NCBI GenBank assembly: GCA_035502455.1
Contig: DATJUI010000011.1
Location: forward strand, 15,951-79,950
Length of the DNA: 64,000 bases
Direction: 5' to 3'
DNA from: Thermoplasmata archaeon
GTDB taxonomy: Archaea; Thermoplasmatota; Thermoplasmata; Lutacidiplasmatales; UBA184
The notes under the pieces are model-generated. The model did not search any database and had not been told where the DNA came from. It saw nothing but the letters and a program-made list of their open reading frames with translations. Shown one piece after another: positions 1 to 9,338 of the stretch; position 1 is the stretch's first letter; each line of letters starts with the position of its first letter. The position numbers and the translations under genes are program-made.

Positions 1-50
1 GTCGGGAGAGTACGCCGAATGCACGTGCAGGTCGAGCCGGACCCCGTCGC

Positions 51-2318
51 TCATCGCACCTTCGCCCCGATCGGCACCGGTTCGGCCGGGACCGCGGCCC
101 GGCCCTCCCCGAATCCGAGCACGTCGCCCCGGTCCGCCGTGTCGCTCGGCCGCCGCACGACCACCGTCGCTCCCTCGGGCCAGCGCCCCGGGACGTCCAC
201 GAGACGACCGCCCAGGTCGACCCGGCTGCCGGCGCCGTCGGCGCCCGGGCCGACGACGGTCCCGACGGCGAGCGGGGTGGCGGCGAACTCCTCGTACGAG
301 ATCGTGCGGCTCGACCCGTCCGCGCCGTCGATCCAGGCGCCGTTCGGGACCCCTTCGGGCGGCGCGAGCAGGACGGCGCGCGGACCGGCCTCGGCGGCGA
401 GCACCATCCCCTGCGAGGTCACCCGCCGGATCGTCCGCGGGGCGAGGTTCGCGAGGAGCAGGATGCGCCGATGCGGGAGGGCCTCGGCCGGGTACGACTC
501 GCGCAGCCCGGCGACGACGGTGCGCGGGGTCGCCTCCCCCGCGTCCACCCGCAGGACATAGAGCTTGTCGGCCGCCGGGTGGTTCTCGGCGTTCAGGATC
601 TCGGCCGCCCGAGCCGCGAGCGGCGCCGGTCCGTCCGGCGCCGGTGCGGGGACCGGCGCGCGAGGTGCCGGCTCCGCCCCCGCCGGGCGGGGGAACAGCG
701 GACGGATCTCGCCGAGGCGCTGGCCGGCGGGCGGCGGTTCCAGGGCCCGGTCCCAGTCCCCGGGCCCGGGCGGTTGCGGGTAGCCCAGCATCCGGTACAC
801 CTCCGCGCTCGAGAACGGCAGCACCGGCGCGAGCCACGTCGCGAGCGCCTTCACGCGCCAGATCGCCTCGGCCACGATACGCGCCCGCTCCGGATCCTCG
901 GCCCGCCACGGGCGGGCCTCGTGGAAGCGGCGGTTCGCCTCGCGGACCTGCTCGAGGGCGAGATCGAGCGCCTCCTTGAGGTGCACCCGGTCGTACTCCT
1001 CCGTGATCCGGGCGTGGGCCTCGCGCAGCCGCTGGGCGGCGCCGCCGAACGCGTCCTCGGGTCGGGCATCCTCCGGGAGCGCCGGGACCGTCCCGGCGTA
1101 CCGGTCGCGCGCCATCACCAGCGTCCGCTGGACGAGGTTGCCCCACTGGTTCGCGAGGACCTCGTCCCGCAGCTGGTGGAACTCCGTCCAGTTGAGCTCG
1201 GTGTCGTGGTTCTGCGGCGCGAGCAGCGCGGCGTAGAACCGGATCACGTCGGGCGGGTACCGCGCGAGCAGCGACGGGACGAACGGGTCGGCCTCCTCGG
1301 TCCGGCTCTTCGAGATCTTCCTCCCCTCGGCGACGAGCCACTCGTTCGCCGGCACGTCGTACGGCAGCGCGAGCCCTTCCACCCCGAGCAGGATGCCGGG
1401 CCAGACGATCGTGTGGTGGAACTTGTTGTCCTTGCCGATGAAGTAGTACTGGCGGACCGGCTCGCGCGGGTCCCAGTAGCGGCGCCAGGCCTCCGGCCGT
1501 CCCGCCCGGATCGCCCACTCCTTCGACGCCGAAAGATAGCCGATCAGCGCGTCGAACCAGACGTAGAACCGCTTCGTCCCGTATCCGTCGAGCGGGATCG
1601 GTACCCCCCAGTCGAGGTCCCGGGTGATCGGAGTGGGCCTCAGCCCCTCCGACAGGAAGTTCTCGGCGACGCGGAGGACGCCGGACCGCCAGTGGTCCGC
1701 CTGGGCGGCGATGTACTCGGTCAGCTTCGGCTGCAGCCGGTCGAGCTCGAGGTAGAAGTGCTCGGACGGGCGGAACTCCGCCGGGGTGGCGTCGATCGAG
1801 CAGCGCGGCTCACCGAGCTGCTTCGGCTCGAGCGGCCGTCCGCACCGGTCGCACTCGTCGCCGCGCGCCGACTCGAAGCCGCAGTACGGGCAGGTGCCGA
1901 TCAGGTAGCGGTCCGGCAGGAACCGCCGGTGCGTCGGGCAGTACGCGGCCTCCTCGGTGCGGCGACGGATGTACCGGTGCTCGAGGAGCGTCAGGAACAG
2001 CTCCTGGACCGTCCGCTCGTGCACGATCGTGTGGGTGCTCGTGTAGAGGTCGAACGAGAAGCCGAGCCGCTCGAACGCGTCCCGGTTGACCGCGTGGTAC
2101 CGCTCCGCGATCGCCTGCGGGGTCGTGCCCTCCCGCTCGGCCGTCACGAGGGTCGGGGTGCCGTGCATGTCGGAGCCCGACACGAACAGCACCTCGTGGC
2201 CCCTCAGCCGGTGGAATCGGGCGAAGATGTCGCCCGGCAGGTACGCGCCGGCGAGGTGGCCGATGTGGAACGGGCCGTTGGCGTACGGCCACGCGACGCC
2301 GACGAAGATGCGCTCCAT
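51..2318 (-). CDS. metG: Methionyl-tRNA synthetase with C-terminal tRNA-binding (EMAP-like) domain
   Basis: 755-aa ORF. N-terminus has PYANGPFHIGH (HIGH motif), class I aaRS architecture and Zn knuckle CPxC..CxxC. C-terminus has a Trbp111-like domain. Confidence 0.9.
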   Translation of the reverse strand: MERIFVGVAWPYANGPFHIGHLAGAYLPGDIFARFHRLRGHEVLFVSGSDMHGTPTLVTAEREGTTPQAIAERYHAVNRDAFERLGFSFDLYTSTHTIVHERTVQELFLTLLEHRYIRRRTEEAAYCPTHRRFLPDRYLIGTCPYCGFESARGDECDRCGRPLEPKQLGEPRCSIDATPAEFRPSEHFYLELDRLQPKLTEYIAAQADHWRSGVLRVAENFLSEGLRPTPITRDLDWGVPIPLDGYGTKRFYVWFDALIGYLSASKEWAIRAGRPEAWRRYWDPREPVRQYYFIGKDNKFHHTIVWPGILLGVEGLALPYDVPANEWLVAEGRKISKSRTEEADPFVPSLLARYPPDVIRFYAALLAPQNHDTELNWTEFHQLRDEVLANQWGNLVQRTLVMARDRYAGTVPALPEDARPEDAFGGAAQRLREAHARITEEYDRVHLKEALDLALEQVREANRRFHEARPWRAEDPERARIVAEAIWRVKALATWLAPVLPFSSAEVYRMLGYPQPPGPGDWDRALEPPPAGQRLGEIRPLFPRPAGAEPAPRAPVPAPAPDGPAPLAARAAEILNAENHPAADKLYVLRVDAGEATPRTVVAGLRESYPAEALPHRRILLLANLAPRTIRRVTSQGMVLAAEAGPRAVLLAPPEGVPNGAWIDGADGSSRTISYEEFAATPLAVGTVVGPGADGAGSRVDLGGRLVDVPGRWPEGATVVVRRPSDTADRGDVLGFGEGRAAVPAEPVPIGAKVR

Positions 2319-2425
2319 CGACCCTCCGCGGCTATCGAGCCGGGGTCTGCCCTATAGGCTTTCGCCGGACGGTTCCGCCCCCTCACCCGAGCGTCTTTAT
2401 TCCCGGACCTCTCCCTCCGTCGCCC

Positions 2426-3334
2426 GTGTCCGACGACGAAGCCCCGATGGTCCGGCCGTCGGTCCCCGAGGCCGACCGCCGGATCGGGGTCCGGTACCCC
2501 GTCCTCTCCCACGGCTTCGTGGCGCTGGTCGACTACATGGGCAACGACGCCTCGATCGTCCAGGCGGCACGGGTCTCCTACGGCGCGGGGACCCGGTCCG
2601 TGCGCGACGACCGCGGGCTGATCCGGTACCTGCTGCGGCATCGCCACACGACCCCGTTCGAAATGGTGGAGTTCAAGTTCCTCGTCCGGCTCCCGATCTA
2701 CATCGCCCGTCAGTGGATCCGGCACCGCACCGCCTCGGTGAACGAGTACAGCGCCCGGTTCTCCGTCATGCCGGACGAGTTCGAGCTGCCCGCGGAGTCG
2801 GAGATCCGGCGGCAGTCGTCCCGGAACCGACAGGGCCGGGACGAGGCGCTGCCGCCCGACGTGGCCCGCCGCTTCCGCGACGATCTCGCCCGCACCTCGG
2901 CCGAGGCGTACGCCGCGTACCAGCGGGCGCTCAAGGACGGGGTGGCGCGGGAGACCGCCCGGCTCCTCCTGCCGCTGGCCTACTACACCGAGTGGTACTG
3001 GAAGATCGACCTCTGGAACCTGCTCCACTTCCTGTCGCTGCGGCTCGACCCGCACGCCCAGGAGGAGATCCGGCTCTACGCCGCCGAGATCGCGGCGACC
3101 GCGCGCATCGTCTGCCCGATCGCCTTCGAGGCGTTCGAGGAGTTCGTGCTCGGGTCGACGTCGCTGAGCCGGCGCGAGGGCGTGGCCGTGGCCGCGCTCT
3201 TGAAGGGCGCCACGCCCGAGGCGGCGTGCGCGACGGCGGGACTCCCGCTCGTCCGCGACGACGGGCGCCCCCTGGCGAGCGGGGAAGGCGTCGAGTTCCT
3301 GGAGAAGCTCGAGCGGATCCGTTCGCTCGACTGA
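2426..3334 (+). CDS. thyX: Flavin-dependent thymidylate synthase ThyX
   Basis: Contains the ThyX signature RHRTASVNEYSARFS (RHRxxSxxxxS). TATA-like 'tctttattcc' lies about 27 nt upstream, suggesting a leaderless transcript. Confidence 0.85.
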   Translation: MSDDEAPMVRPSVPEADRRIGVRYPVLSHGFVALVDYMGNDASIVQAARVSYGAGTRSVRDDRGLIRYLLRHRHTTPFEMVEFKFLVRLPIYIARQWIRHRTASVNEYSARFSVMPDEFELPAESEIRRQSSRNRQGRDEALPPDVARRFRDDLARTSAEAYAAYQRALKDGVARETARLLLPLAYYTEWYWKIDLWNLLHFLSLRLDPHAQEEIRLYAAEIAATARIVCPIAFEAFEEFVLGSTSLSRREGVAVAALLKGATPEAACATAGLPLVRDDGRPLASGEGVEFLEKLERIRSLD

Positions 3335-3378
3335 GCGCCCAGCGGCAATCGTATACGCGCCGCTCGGCTGGCGCGTTC

Positions 3379-4872
3379 ATGGCCGCGGTGCACGGACTGT
3401 TCATCGACAATGCGGAGGTCCCGCCCGACGGGCGCGCGACGAGCGACGTCATCGATCCCGCGGACGGGAGCGTGGTCGGCACGGTGGCGCGGGCGACCCG
3501 CGACGACGCCCGGGCCGCGATGGACTCCGCCGCGCGGGCGCAACCGAAGTGGGAGGCGATCGGGGCCGCCGCCCGCGGGAAGATCCTGCTGCGGGCCGCC
3601 GAACGGCTCCGGGGCCGCGCGGAGGAGCTCGCGCGCCTCATCACCCGCGAGATGGGCAAGGTGCTCTTCGAGAGCCGCGGCGAGGTCGACGGCGCGATCG
3701 ACAATCTCGAGTACTACCCCGCGTTCGCCCGGACCCTGACGGGCGACGAGGTGAGCGGCCTCCCGACCGGGGAGACGATGCGCCTGATCTGGCTGCCCCG
3801 CGGCGTGACCGTCGGGATCACGCCCTGGAACTTCCCCGCCGCGACGGTGACCCGGAAGATCGCGCCGGCGCTCGTCGGCGGCAACACGATGGTGCTGAAG
3901 CCGTCGAGCAACACCCCGCTCTCGTCGCTGCTCCTCGGCGAGGTCCTGCGGGACGCGGGGCTGCCGCCGGGCGTACTGAACGTCGTACCGGGGCCTGGCG
4001 CCGAGATGGGCCCGGCGCTGATCGGCCACCGCGCCTGCTCGACGGTGACCCTCACGGGCTCGACGGCGAGCGGGGTCGAGGTGCTGCACCTGGCGGCCCC
4101 CGGCGTCGTCAAGTGCCTGCTGGAGCTCGGCGGCAAGGCCCCGGTCCTGGTCCACCGCGACGCCGACCTCGACTGGGCCGCCCGGGCGACGGTCTGGAGC
4201 CGCTTCTGGAACGCCGGCCAGGCGTGCATCGCGGCCGAACGCTGCTACGTGGACCGCGCCGTCGCCGACGCGTTCGTCGGCAAGGTCGCCGCGCTCGTCC
4301 GGGCGCTCCGGGTCGGGCCGGGCCTTCGGCCGGGCGTCGACGTGGGACCGATGTACGCCCGCAGCGCCCGCGACGCGGTCGCGGCCGAGGTGGCGCGGGC
4401 GGTCGCCGAAGGGGCGACGCCCGTCGTCGGCGGCTCCGCGCCGGACGACCCGGCGCTCGAGCACGGGGCGTTCTACCGCCCGACGGTGCTGACGGACGTC
4501 CACGAGGAGCACGCGATCGCGCAGGAGGAGATCTTCGGGCCGGTCCTCCCGGTCCTCACCTACGACGGCTGGGACGAGGCGATCCGGCTCGCGAACGACA
4601 GCCGCTACGGCCTCTCGAGCTACGTCTTCACGCGCGATCTCGCCCTCGCCGAGCGGGCGGCCCGCGAGATCCGATTCGGCGAGACGTACATCAATCGGGT
4701 CGGACCGGAGAACCCGCAGGGGTACCACGCCGGGTTCCGGCAGAGCGGCCTCGGCGGCGAGGGGACCGTCTGGGGGGTGCGCGACTACCTCCAGCTCAAG
4801 ACCGTCTACGTCGACTGGAAGGAGCCGCACGTCGCGGACTACTTCGCGCCGTACCCGGATCGGCCCGCCTGA
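3379..4872 (+). CDS. NAD(P)+ aldehyde dehydrogenase (possible 2-oxoglutarate-semialdehyde or succinate-semialdehyde dehydrogenase)
   Basis: 497 aa counted from MAAVHGLF. ALDH motifs are present: GITPWNFP, LELGGKAP, EEIFGPV, and the catalytic Cys region QACIAAER. Confidence 0.85.
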   Translation: MAAVHGLFIDNAEVPPDGRATSDVIDPADGSVVGTVARATRDDARAAMDSAARAQPKWEAIGAAARGKILLRAAERLRGRAEELARLITREMGKVLFESRGEVDGAIDNLEYYPAFARTLTGDEVSGLPTGETMRLIWLPRGVTVGITPWNFPAATVTRKIAPALVGGNTMVLKPSSNTPLSSLLLGEVLRDAGLPPGVLNVVPGPGAEMGPALIGHRACSTVTLTGSTASGVEVLHLAAPGVVKCLLELGGKAPVLVHRDADLDWAARATVWSRFWNAGQACIAAERCYVDRAVADAFVGKVAALVRALRVGPGLRPGVDVGPMYARSARDAVAAEVARAVAEGATPVVGGSAPDDPALEHGAFYRPTVLTDVHEEHAIAQEEIFGPVLPVLTYDGWDEAIRLANDSRYGLSSYVFTRDLALAERAAREIRFGETYINRVGPENPQGYHAGFRQSGLGGEGTVWGVRDYLQLKTVYVDWKEPHVADYFAPYPDRPA

Positions 4873-6178
4873 CCGCCAGGCCGACGTGCAGGTCGGTGAC
4901 GTTCGTCCCCGTCGGCCCCGTGATCCACAGCGACCCGAGCGCGCGCAGCGCCGGGTAGGCCGCGTGGGTCCGGATCGCCCGCTCGAGGTCGAGGCCGATC
5001 GCGCGCGCGCGGCGCAGCGACCGTCCGTCGGTCCACCCCCCGGCCGCGTCGGTCGGCCCGTCGATGCCGTCGGTCCCCAGCGACAGGACGACCGCCACGC
5101 GACCGGCGAGGCGGGGGGCGGCGACGAGCGCGAACTCCTGGTTCCGACCCCCCTTTCCCGGATGGCGTCCCAGCGTGACCGTCGTCTCGCCGCCTCCGAC
5201 CAGCCCGACCCGGGCGGCGGACCGGGAGCGGGCGTCGCGCAGGAGGGCCCGCGCGAAGCGGTCGGCGGCCGTGCAGGTCTCCCCCAGGACCGGTGCGCGG
5301 AGGACCCGGGTCGCGTACCCGAGCCGTCGGGCCGCCCGGGCGGCGCCGTCGACCGCGGTCCGGTTGCGCGCCGCGAGCACGTACGGCGCGCCCCGCCAGC
5401 GACGGTCGCCCGGCTTCGGGGTCTCGGGGATCGCGCCCGCCGCGCCCGCGCGGAGCCGACGGGCGACCGGCGCGGGGAGCCGGTGCGCAAGACCGTAGGT
5501 GCGGCCGGCCGCGAGGGCGTCCGCGAACGTCGACGGGTCCGGCACGGTCGGGCCCGAGGCGATGTCCTCGGGAGCGTCCCCGATCACGTCGCTGATCGCG
5601 ATCGTCGCGAATCGGTCCGCGCGCACGGCCCCGGCGAGCTGACCTCCTTTGAGGCGCGAGAGGTGCCGCCGGACCGCGTTCAGGGCGCCGATCGGCGCGC
5701 CCGAGGCGAGCAGGAGCTCGGTCGTGCGGGCGAGGTCGCCGATCGACAGTCCCGGGGCGGGCAGCTCGGCGACCGCCGAGCCGCCGCCGGAGAGCAAGAA
5801 CACCACGGCATCGCCGGGCGCCGTGGCCGCCACGTACGCGAGCAGCGCCGTCCCCGCGCGCACGCTGCCCGGGCCCGGGACCGGGTGCTCGCCGAAGACC
5901 ACGCGCAGCCCGGACCTCGGAGCGGGATATCCGCGGGGCGTCGCGACGACGCCCGGGGTCGTCGGGCCGAGGACGGACCGCGCCGCATCCGCCATCTCGC
6001 CGGCAGCCTTCCCGAGGGCGACGACGTGCACCGTCCCGCCCGGCGCGACGGGGAGCGAACGCGCCCCGACCGAGACCGTGCGCCCGCGCCGGCGGAGCGC
6101 GTGTCGGACCGCCGGCCCGGCCCGCACGGCCCGCACCCCGGCCGCCGCGATCCGGCGCGCGTCAGAGTCGAGGGTCAT
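4796..6178 (-). CDS. Glycerate 2-kinase, MOFRL family (GckA/TtuD-like)
   Basis: 460-aa ORF with MOFRL-type motifs (LSGGGSA, GTDGIDGPTD). The C-terminal 77 nt overlap the convergent ALDH, so the true stop may be earlier. Confidence 0.65.
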   Translation of the reverse strand: MTLDSDARRIAAAGVRAVRAGPAVRHALRRRGRTVSVGARSLPVAPGGTVHVVALGKAAGEMADAARSVLGPTTPGVVATPRGYPAPRSGLRVVFGEHPVPGPGSVRAGTALLAYVAATAPGDAVVFLLSGGGSAVAELPAPGLSIGDLARTTELLLASGAPIGALNAVRRHLSRLKGGQLAGAVRADRFATIAISDVIGDAPEDIASGPTVPDPSTFADALAAGRTYGLAHRLPAPVARRLRAGAAGAIPETPKPGDRRWRGAPYVLAARNRTAVDGAARAARRLGYATRVLRAPVLGETCTAADRFARALLRDARSRSAARVGLVGGGETTVTLGRHPGKGGRNQEFALVAAPRLAGRVAVVLSLGTDGIDGPTDAAGGWTDGRSLRRARAIGLDLERAIRTHAAYPALRALGSLWITGPTGTNVTDLHVGLAVRRADPGTARSSPRRAAPSSRRRRS

Positions 6179-7361
6179 CCCCGCCCTCGAGGGTGAATCC
6201 GGGCTTCGGCTCGAACGAGAGCGGCCGGCCCGCGAGACGGTCAGGTCGCACGGGCGCCAGCGAGGCCCAGGCGTCGGGGGACGATGCGCCCGCGGCGAGG
6301 GCCTCCGCGAGCCGGGCCGCCACGCCGCCCGCCCGCATCACCCCGAAGCCGTTGAACCCGGCGACGACGTAGAGCTCCGCGTCGGCGTCGACGGGACCGA
6401 CCACCGGCCGGCGGTCCGGCGTCGCGGTGCAGACCCCCGCCCAGGCCCGGACGAGCTCCGCGTCGGCCCACCCGGGCACCGTCGCCGCGAACGTCTCGGC
6501 GACGTGGGCGACGAACGCCGCGTCGCCGCCCGGCGGGAAGCGGTCCGGGTCCGCTTCGACGTGCTCGGTGCCGTCCCCGGCCAGGATCCGCCCGCCCGAC
6601 TCGGGCCGGGCGTAGACGTCCGCGTCGAGGTCGTGCAGCGACGGGTGGGCCGCCCCCACGGCGACCGAGGGCCGCAGCACGGCGGCCTGCGTGCGATACG
6701 GGACGAGCGGGAGGGCGTGGCCGAGCTCGGCCAGCAGCCGCTTCGACCAGGCCCCCGCGGCGACGACGATCCGGCGCGCCCGGACGGTGTCGGACCCGAC
6801 GCGGAGGCGCCAGTGGCCCCCCGCCCGCTCGGGGGTCCGCATCGGGACGGCGAGGCGTACGTCGACGCCCTGGGCGCGGGCCGACTCCGCGTACAGCTCC
6901 GCGATCGCGCTCGGGGTCACCACCGCGTCGTCGGGCCCGTAGATCGCCCCGCGCACGCCGTCGAATCGGCCCGCGGGCACGAGCTCGGCGAGCGCGTCCG
7001 GGCCGACCGTCCGGACCTCGACGCCCCACCCCCGGAGCCGCTCGACCGACTCCTCGAGGAGCGCGGCGGTCCGCACGTCCCGCGTCCATCGTACGAAGCC
7101 GTTGACGGTGTACGCGGACGGGTCCCACCGCCCCGCGAGCTCGGCGTACTCGGCCTTCGAGGTCCGGGCGACCTCGACGTCCCACGGGTCCCACAGCTGC
7201 TCCGTGACGATGCCCGCCGCCCGCCCGGTCGCGCCGGCGGCCGGGGTGGCGGGATCGTAGAGGAGGATCGGCCCGACGTGCCGGGCCGCGAGGTGGTGCG
7301 CCAGCGCGCAGCCCGCGATCCCCGCCCCCAGGACCGCGACGTCGACGTCCGAGTCGGCCAC
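6162..7361 (-). CDS. FAD-dependent oxidoreductase, DAO family (D-amino-acid/D-hydroxyproline dehydrogenase-like)
   Basis: N-terminal dinucleotide fold VAVLGAGIAGCALA. Length and motifs fit the glycine/sarcosine oxidase beta family. Confidence 0.8.
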   Translation of the reverse strand: MADSDVDVAVLGAGIAGCALAHHLAARHVGPILLYDPATPAAGATGRAAGIVTEQLWDPWDVEVARTSKAEYAELAGRWDPSAYTVNGFVRWTRDVRTAALLEESVERLRGWGVEVRTVGPDALAELVPAGRFDGVRGAIYGPDDAVVTPSAIAELYAESARAQGVDVRLAVPMRTPERAGGHWRLRVGSDTVRARRIVVAAGAWSKRLLAELGHALPLVPYRTQAAVLRPSVAVGAAHPSLHDLDADVYARPESGGRILAGDGTEHVEADPDRFPPGGDAAFVAHVAETFAATVPGWADAELVRAWAGVCTATPDRRPVVGPVDADAELYVVAGFNGFGVMRAGGVAARLAEALAAGASSPDAWASLAPVRPDRLAGRPLSFEPKPGFTLEGGDDPRL

Positions 7362-7383
7362 GTCGCCCGGGAGGCGCCCGCGG

Positions 7384-8298
7384 TTAATACTGCGGCTTCG
7401 CCCGGGTGTACGCCTCGCGGAGCGCGGTCGTGTCGACGTGGGTATAGATCTGCGTCGTCGCGACGGAGGCGTGCCCGAGCAGCTTCTGGATGTAGCGGAT
7501 GTCGCAGCCCCGCGAGAGCAGCGCGGTCGCGAGCGTGTGCCGCAGCATGTGGGGCGTCACGCGACGCGGGATCGCGGCGGAGACCGCCGCCCGACGCACG
7601 ATCCGCTCGACGGTGACCGGCCCGACGGGGAACAGGCGGAGGCTCGAGACGCCGGCGAGCTGGCGATCGGAAAGGTACCGGTCGATCGCGGCCCGCGTGC
7701 GGTCCTCGAGCACGACCTCGCGGTCCTTGTCGCCCTTGCCGGACCGGACGTGGAGGATGTTGCGTTCGAACTCGATGTCCTCGAGCTGGAGATGGCACAG
7801 CTCGCTCACCCGAAGCCCGCCGAACGCGAGGACGTGGACGATCGCGCTGTCGCGCGGCGACGCCTTCACCGCGTCGAACAGCCGGTGCATCTCCTCCTCC
7901 GCGAGGTACCGCGGCAAGCGCTCGGGCCGGCGCGGGGGTTCCAACTGGTCGGCGACCGAGAAGCCGAAGCTGCGGAACAGGCAGGTGAGGCCGCGGACCG
8001 TCGTGTACACCGAGTTCTTCGAGTAGTGCCGCTGGAGGACGAGGTACTCGCGGAACCCCTCGAGGTCCCGGATCGTCACCTCGTCGAGCGGTTTCTGCGC
8101 GAACGCGAGGAAGGTCCGGGCGATGTGGCCGTACTGCTTGACCGTGCACGGGCTTCGCTCCTGGGCCTCGAGCATCCGCTGGAACCGGCCCACCAGCTCG
8201 GGGACGCTGAACGAGCCGACCTCCGGGGGGTCGGCGGGGGCCGTCCGCGGCCGCCGCGCGATCGCGCCCGAGCGGTCGACCCGCACCGTGGAGGCCAT
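7384..8298 (-). CDS. xerA: Tyrosine recombinase, archaeal XerA-like
   Basis: Phage-integrase fold with catalytic motifs: R..HxxR (HMLRHTLAT), LLGH and the catalytic Tyr (TQIYTHV). 304 aa. Confidence 0.8.
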   Translation of the reverse strand: MASTVRVDRSGAIARRPRTAPADPPEVGSFSVPELVGRFQRMLEAQERSPCTVKQYGHIARTFLAFAQKPLDEVTIRDLEGFREYLVLQRHYSKNSVYTTVRGLTCLFRSFGFSVADQLEPPRRPERLPRYLAEEEMHRLFDAVKASPRDSAIVHVLAFGGLRVSELCHLQLEDIEFERNILHVRSGKGDKDREVVLEDRTRAAIDRYLSDRQLAGVSSLRLFPVGPVTVERIVRRAAVSAAIPRRVTPHMLRHTLATALLSRGCDIRYIQKLLGHASVATTQIYTHVDTTALREAYTRAKPQY

Positions 8299-8396
8299 CG
8301 CGGCTCTCTGCCCGGGGTCGCTTACTAAAGCGTATGGACGCAGAGGAAGACGATGCGCCGTGTCCCACGTAAATATCGCCGCGGCGATGCGCTGGC

Positions 8397-9338
8397 GTGC
8401 GCTGCGACCTCTGCGACGCGCCCGCGATCGTCGACCAGCCGTACCGCTCCGCCCACCTGTGCCGGAGCGACTTCCTCGCCTCCGTCGACGCGCGCGTCCG
8501 CGCGGAGTTCCACCGTCAGATCCCCGGCTTTGCCGGGGGGACGGTCGCGGTCGCGCTGTCGGGCGGCAAGGACTCGGCCGCGGCGCTGTTCCTCGCCCGG
8601 CGCTACTTCGAGCGGCGTCCGACCGTCCGGCTCGTCGCGATCACCGTGGACGAGGGGATCGCGGGGTACCGCGACCGGACGGTGGAGTCGGCCCGCGCTC
8701 TCACGGCCTCCCTGGGCGTCGAGCACCGGATCGTGCGGGCCGAGGCGGAGCTCGGGAGCACGACCGATCGGGCCGCCGGGGAGCTGCCGGGCACCGTGCC
8801 GTGCTCGTTCTGCGGCGTCTGGCGCCGGCAGCTGCTCAATCGCGCGGCCCGGGACGCCGGCGCGGACGCGATCGTGCTCGGCTTCAATCTCGACGACCTC
8901 GCGCAGACCGTCCTCATGAACCTCGTGCACGGCGACCTCGACCGGCTCGCTCGGATGGCGCCGCACCGGACCGCCCAACCGGGGCTGGTCCGCCGGCTGG
9001 CACCGCTCGCCGCGGTGCCCGAGCGCGAAGTGTTCCTGTACGCCCGGGAGCGGGGCCTCCCGTTCGATCACGGGGAGTGCCCGCATGCGGGGCGCGCGGC
9101 CCGCAACCTCTACCGGGAGATCGTCTGGCAGCTCGAGGAGGCCCGCCCGGGCACCCGCCAGTCGCTCCTCACGACCCACCGCCGGCTGGTCGAGCTGCTG
9201 CTGCGCGACCCGGCCCCTTCGGCGCCGAACCGCTGCCGGGCCTGCGGAGAGGCGGCGACGGGCGAGCTGTGCCGCGCGTGCACGTACCTCCGCCTCGCCC
9301 GTCCGACCGCGTGGGCCCCGATCGGGGCGACGCCGTGA
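8397..9338 (+). CDS. ncsA: tRNA 2-thiolation PP-loop ATPase (NcsA/Ncs6/TtuA family)
   Basis: GTG start. PP-loop SGGKDS. N-terminal CxxC and C-terminal CxxC..CxxC zinc fingers, typical of the Ncs6/TtuA family. Confidence 0.8.
   Translation: MRCDLCDAPAIVDQPYRSAHLCRSDFLASVDARVRAEFHRQIPGFAGGTVAVALSGGKDSAAALFLARRYFERRPTVRLVAITVDEGIAGYRDRTVESARALTASLGVEHRIVRAEAELGSTTDRAAGELPGTVPCSFCGVWRRQLLNRAARDAGADAIVLGFNLDDLAQTVLMNLVHGDLDRLARMAPHRTAQPGLVRRLAPLAAVPEREVFLYARERGLPFDHGECPHAGRAARNLYREIVWQLEEARPGTRQSLLTTHRRLVELLLRDPAPSAPNRCRACGEAATGELCRACTYLRLARPTAWAPIGATP

Noticed and set aside
471-2357. 628-aa plus-strand ORF covering the MetRS locus
   Set aside because: Antisense to a clearly recognisable MetRS. 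The translation is Arg/Pro/Gly-rich low-complexity sequence, the typical high-GC antisense artefact.
3076-5490. 804-aa minus-strand ORF
   Set aside because: Antisense to ALDH and glycerate kinase. R/P/S-rich low-complexity with no motifs.
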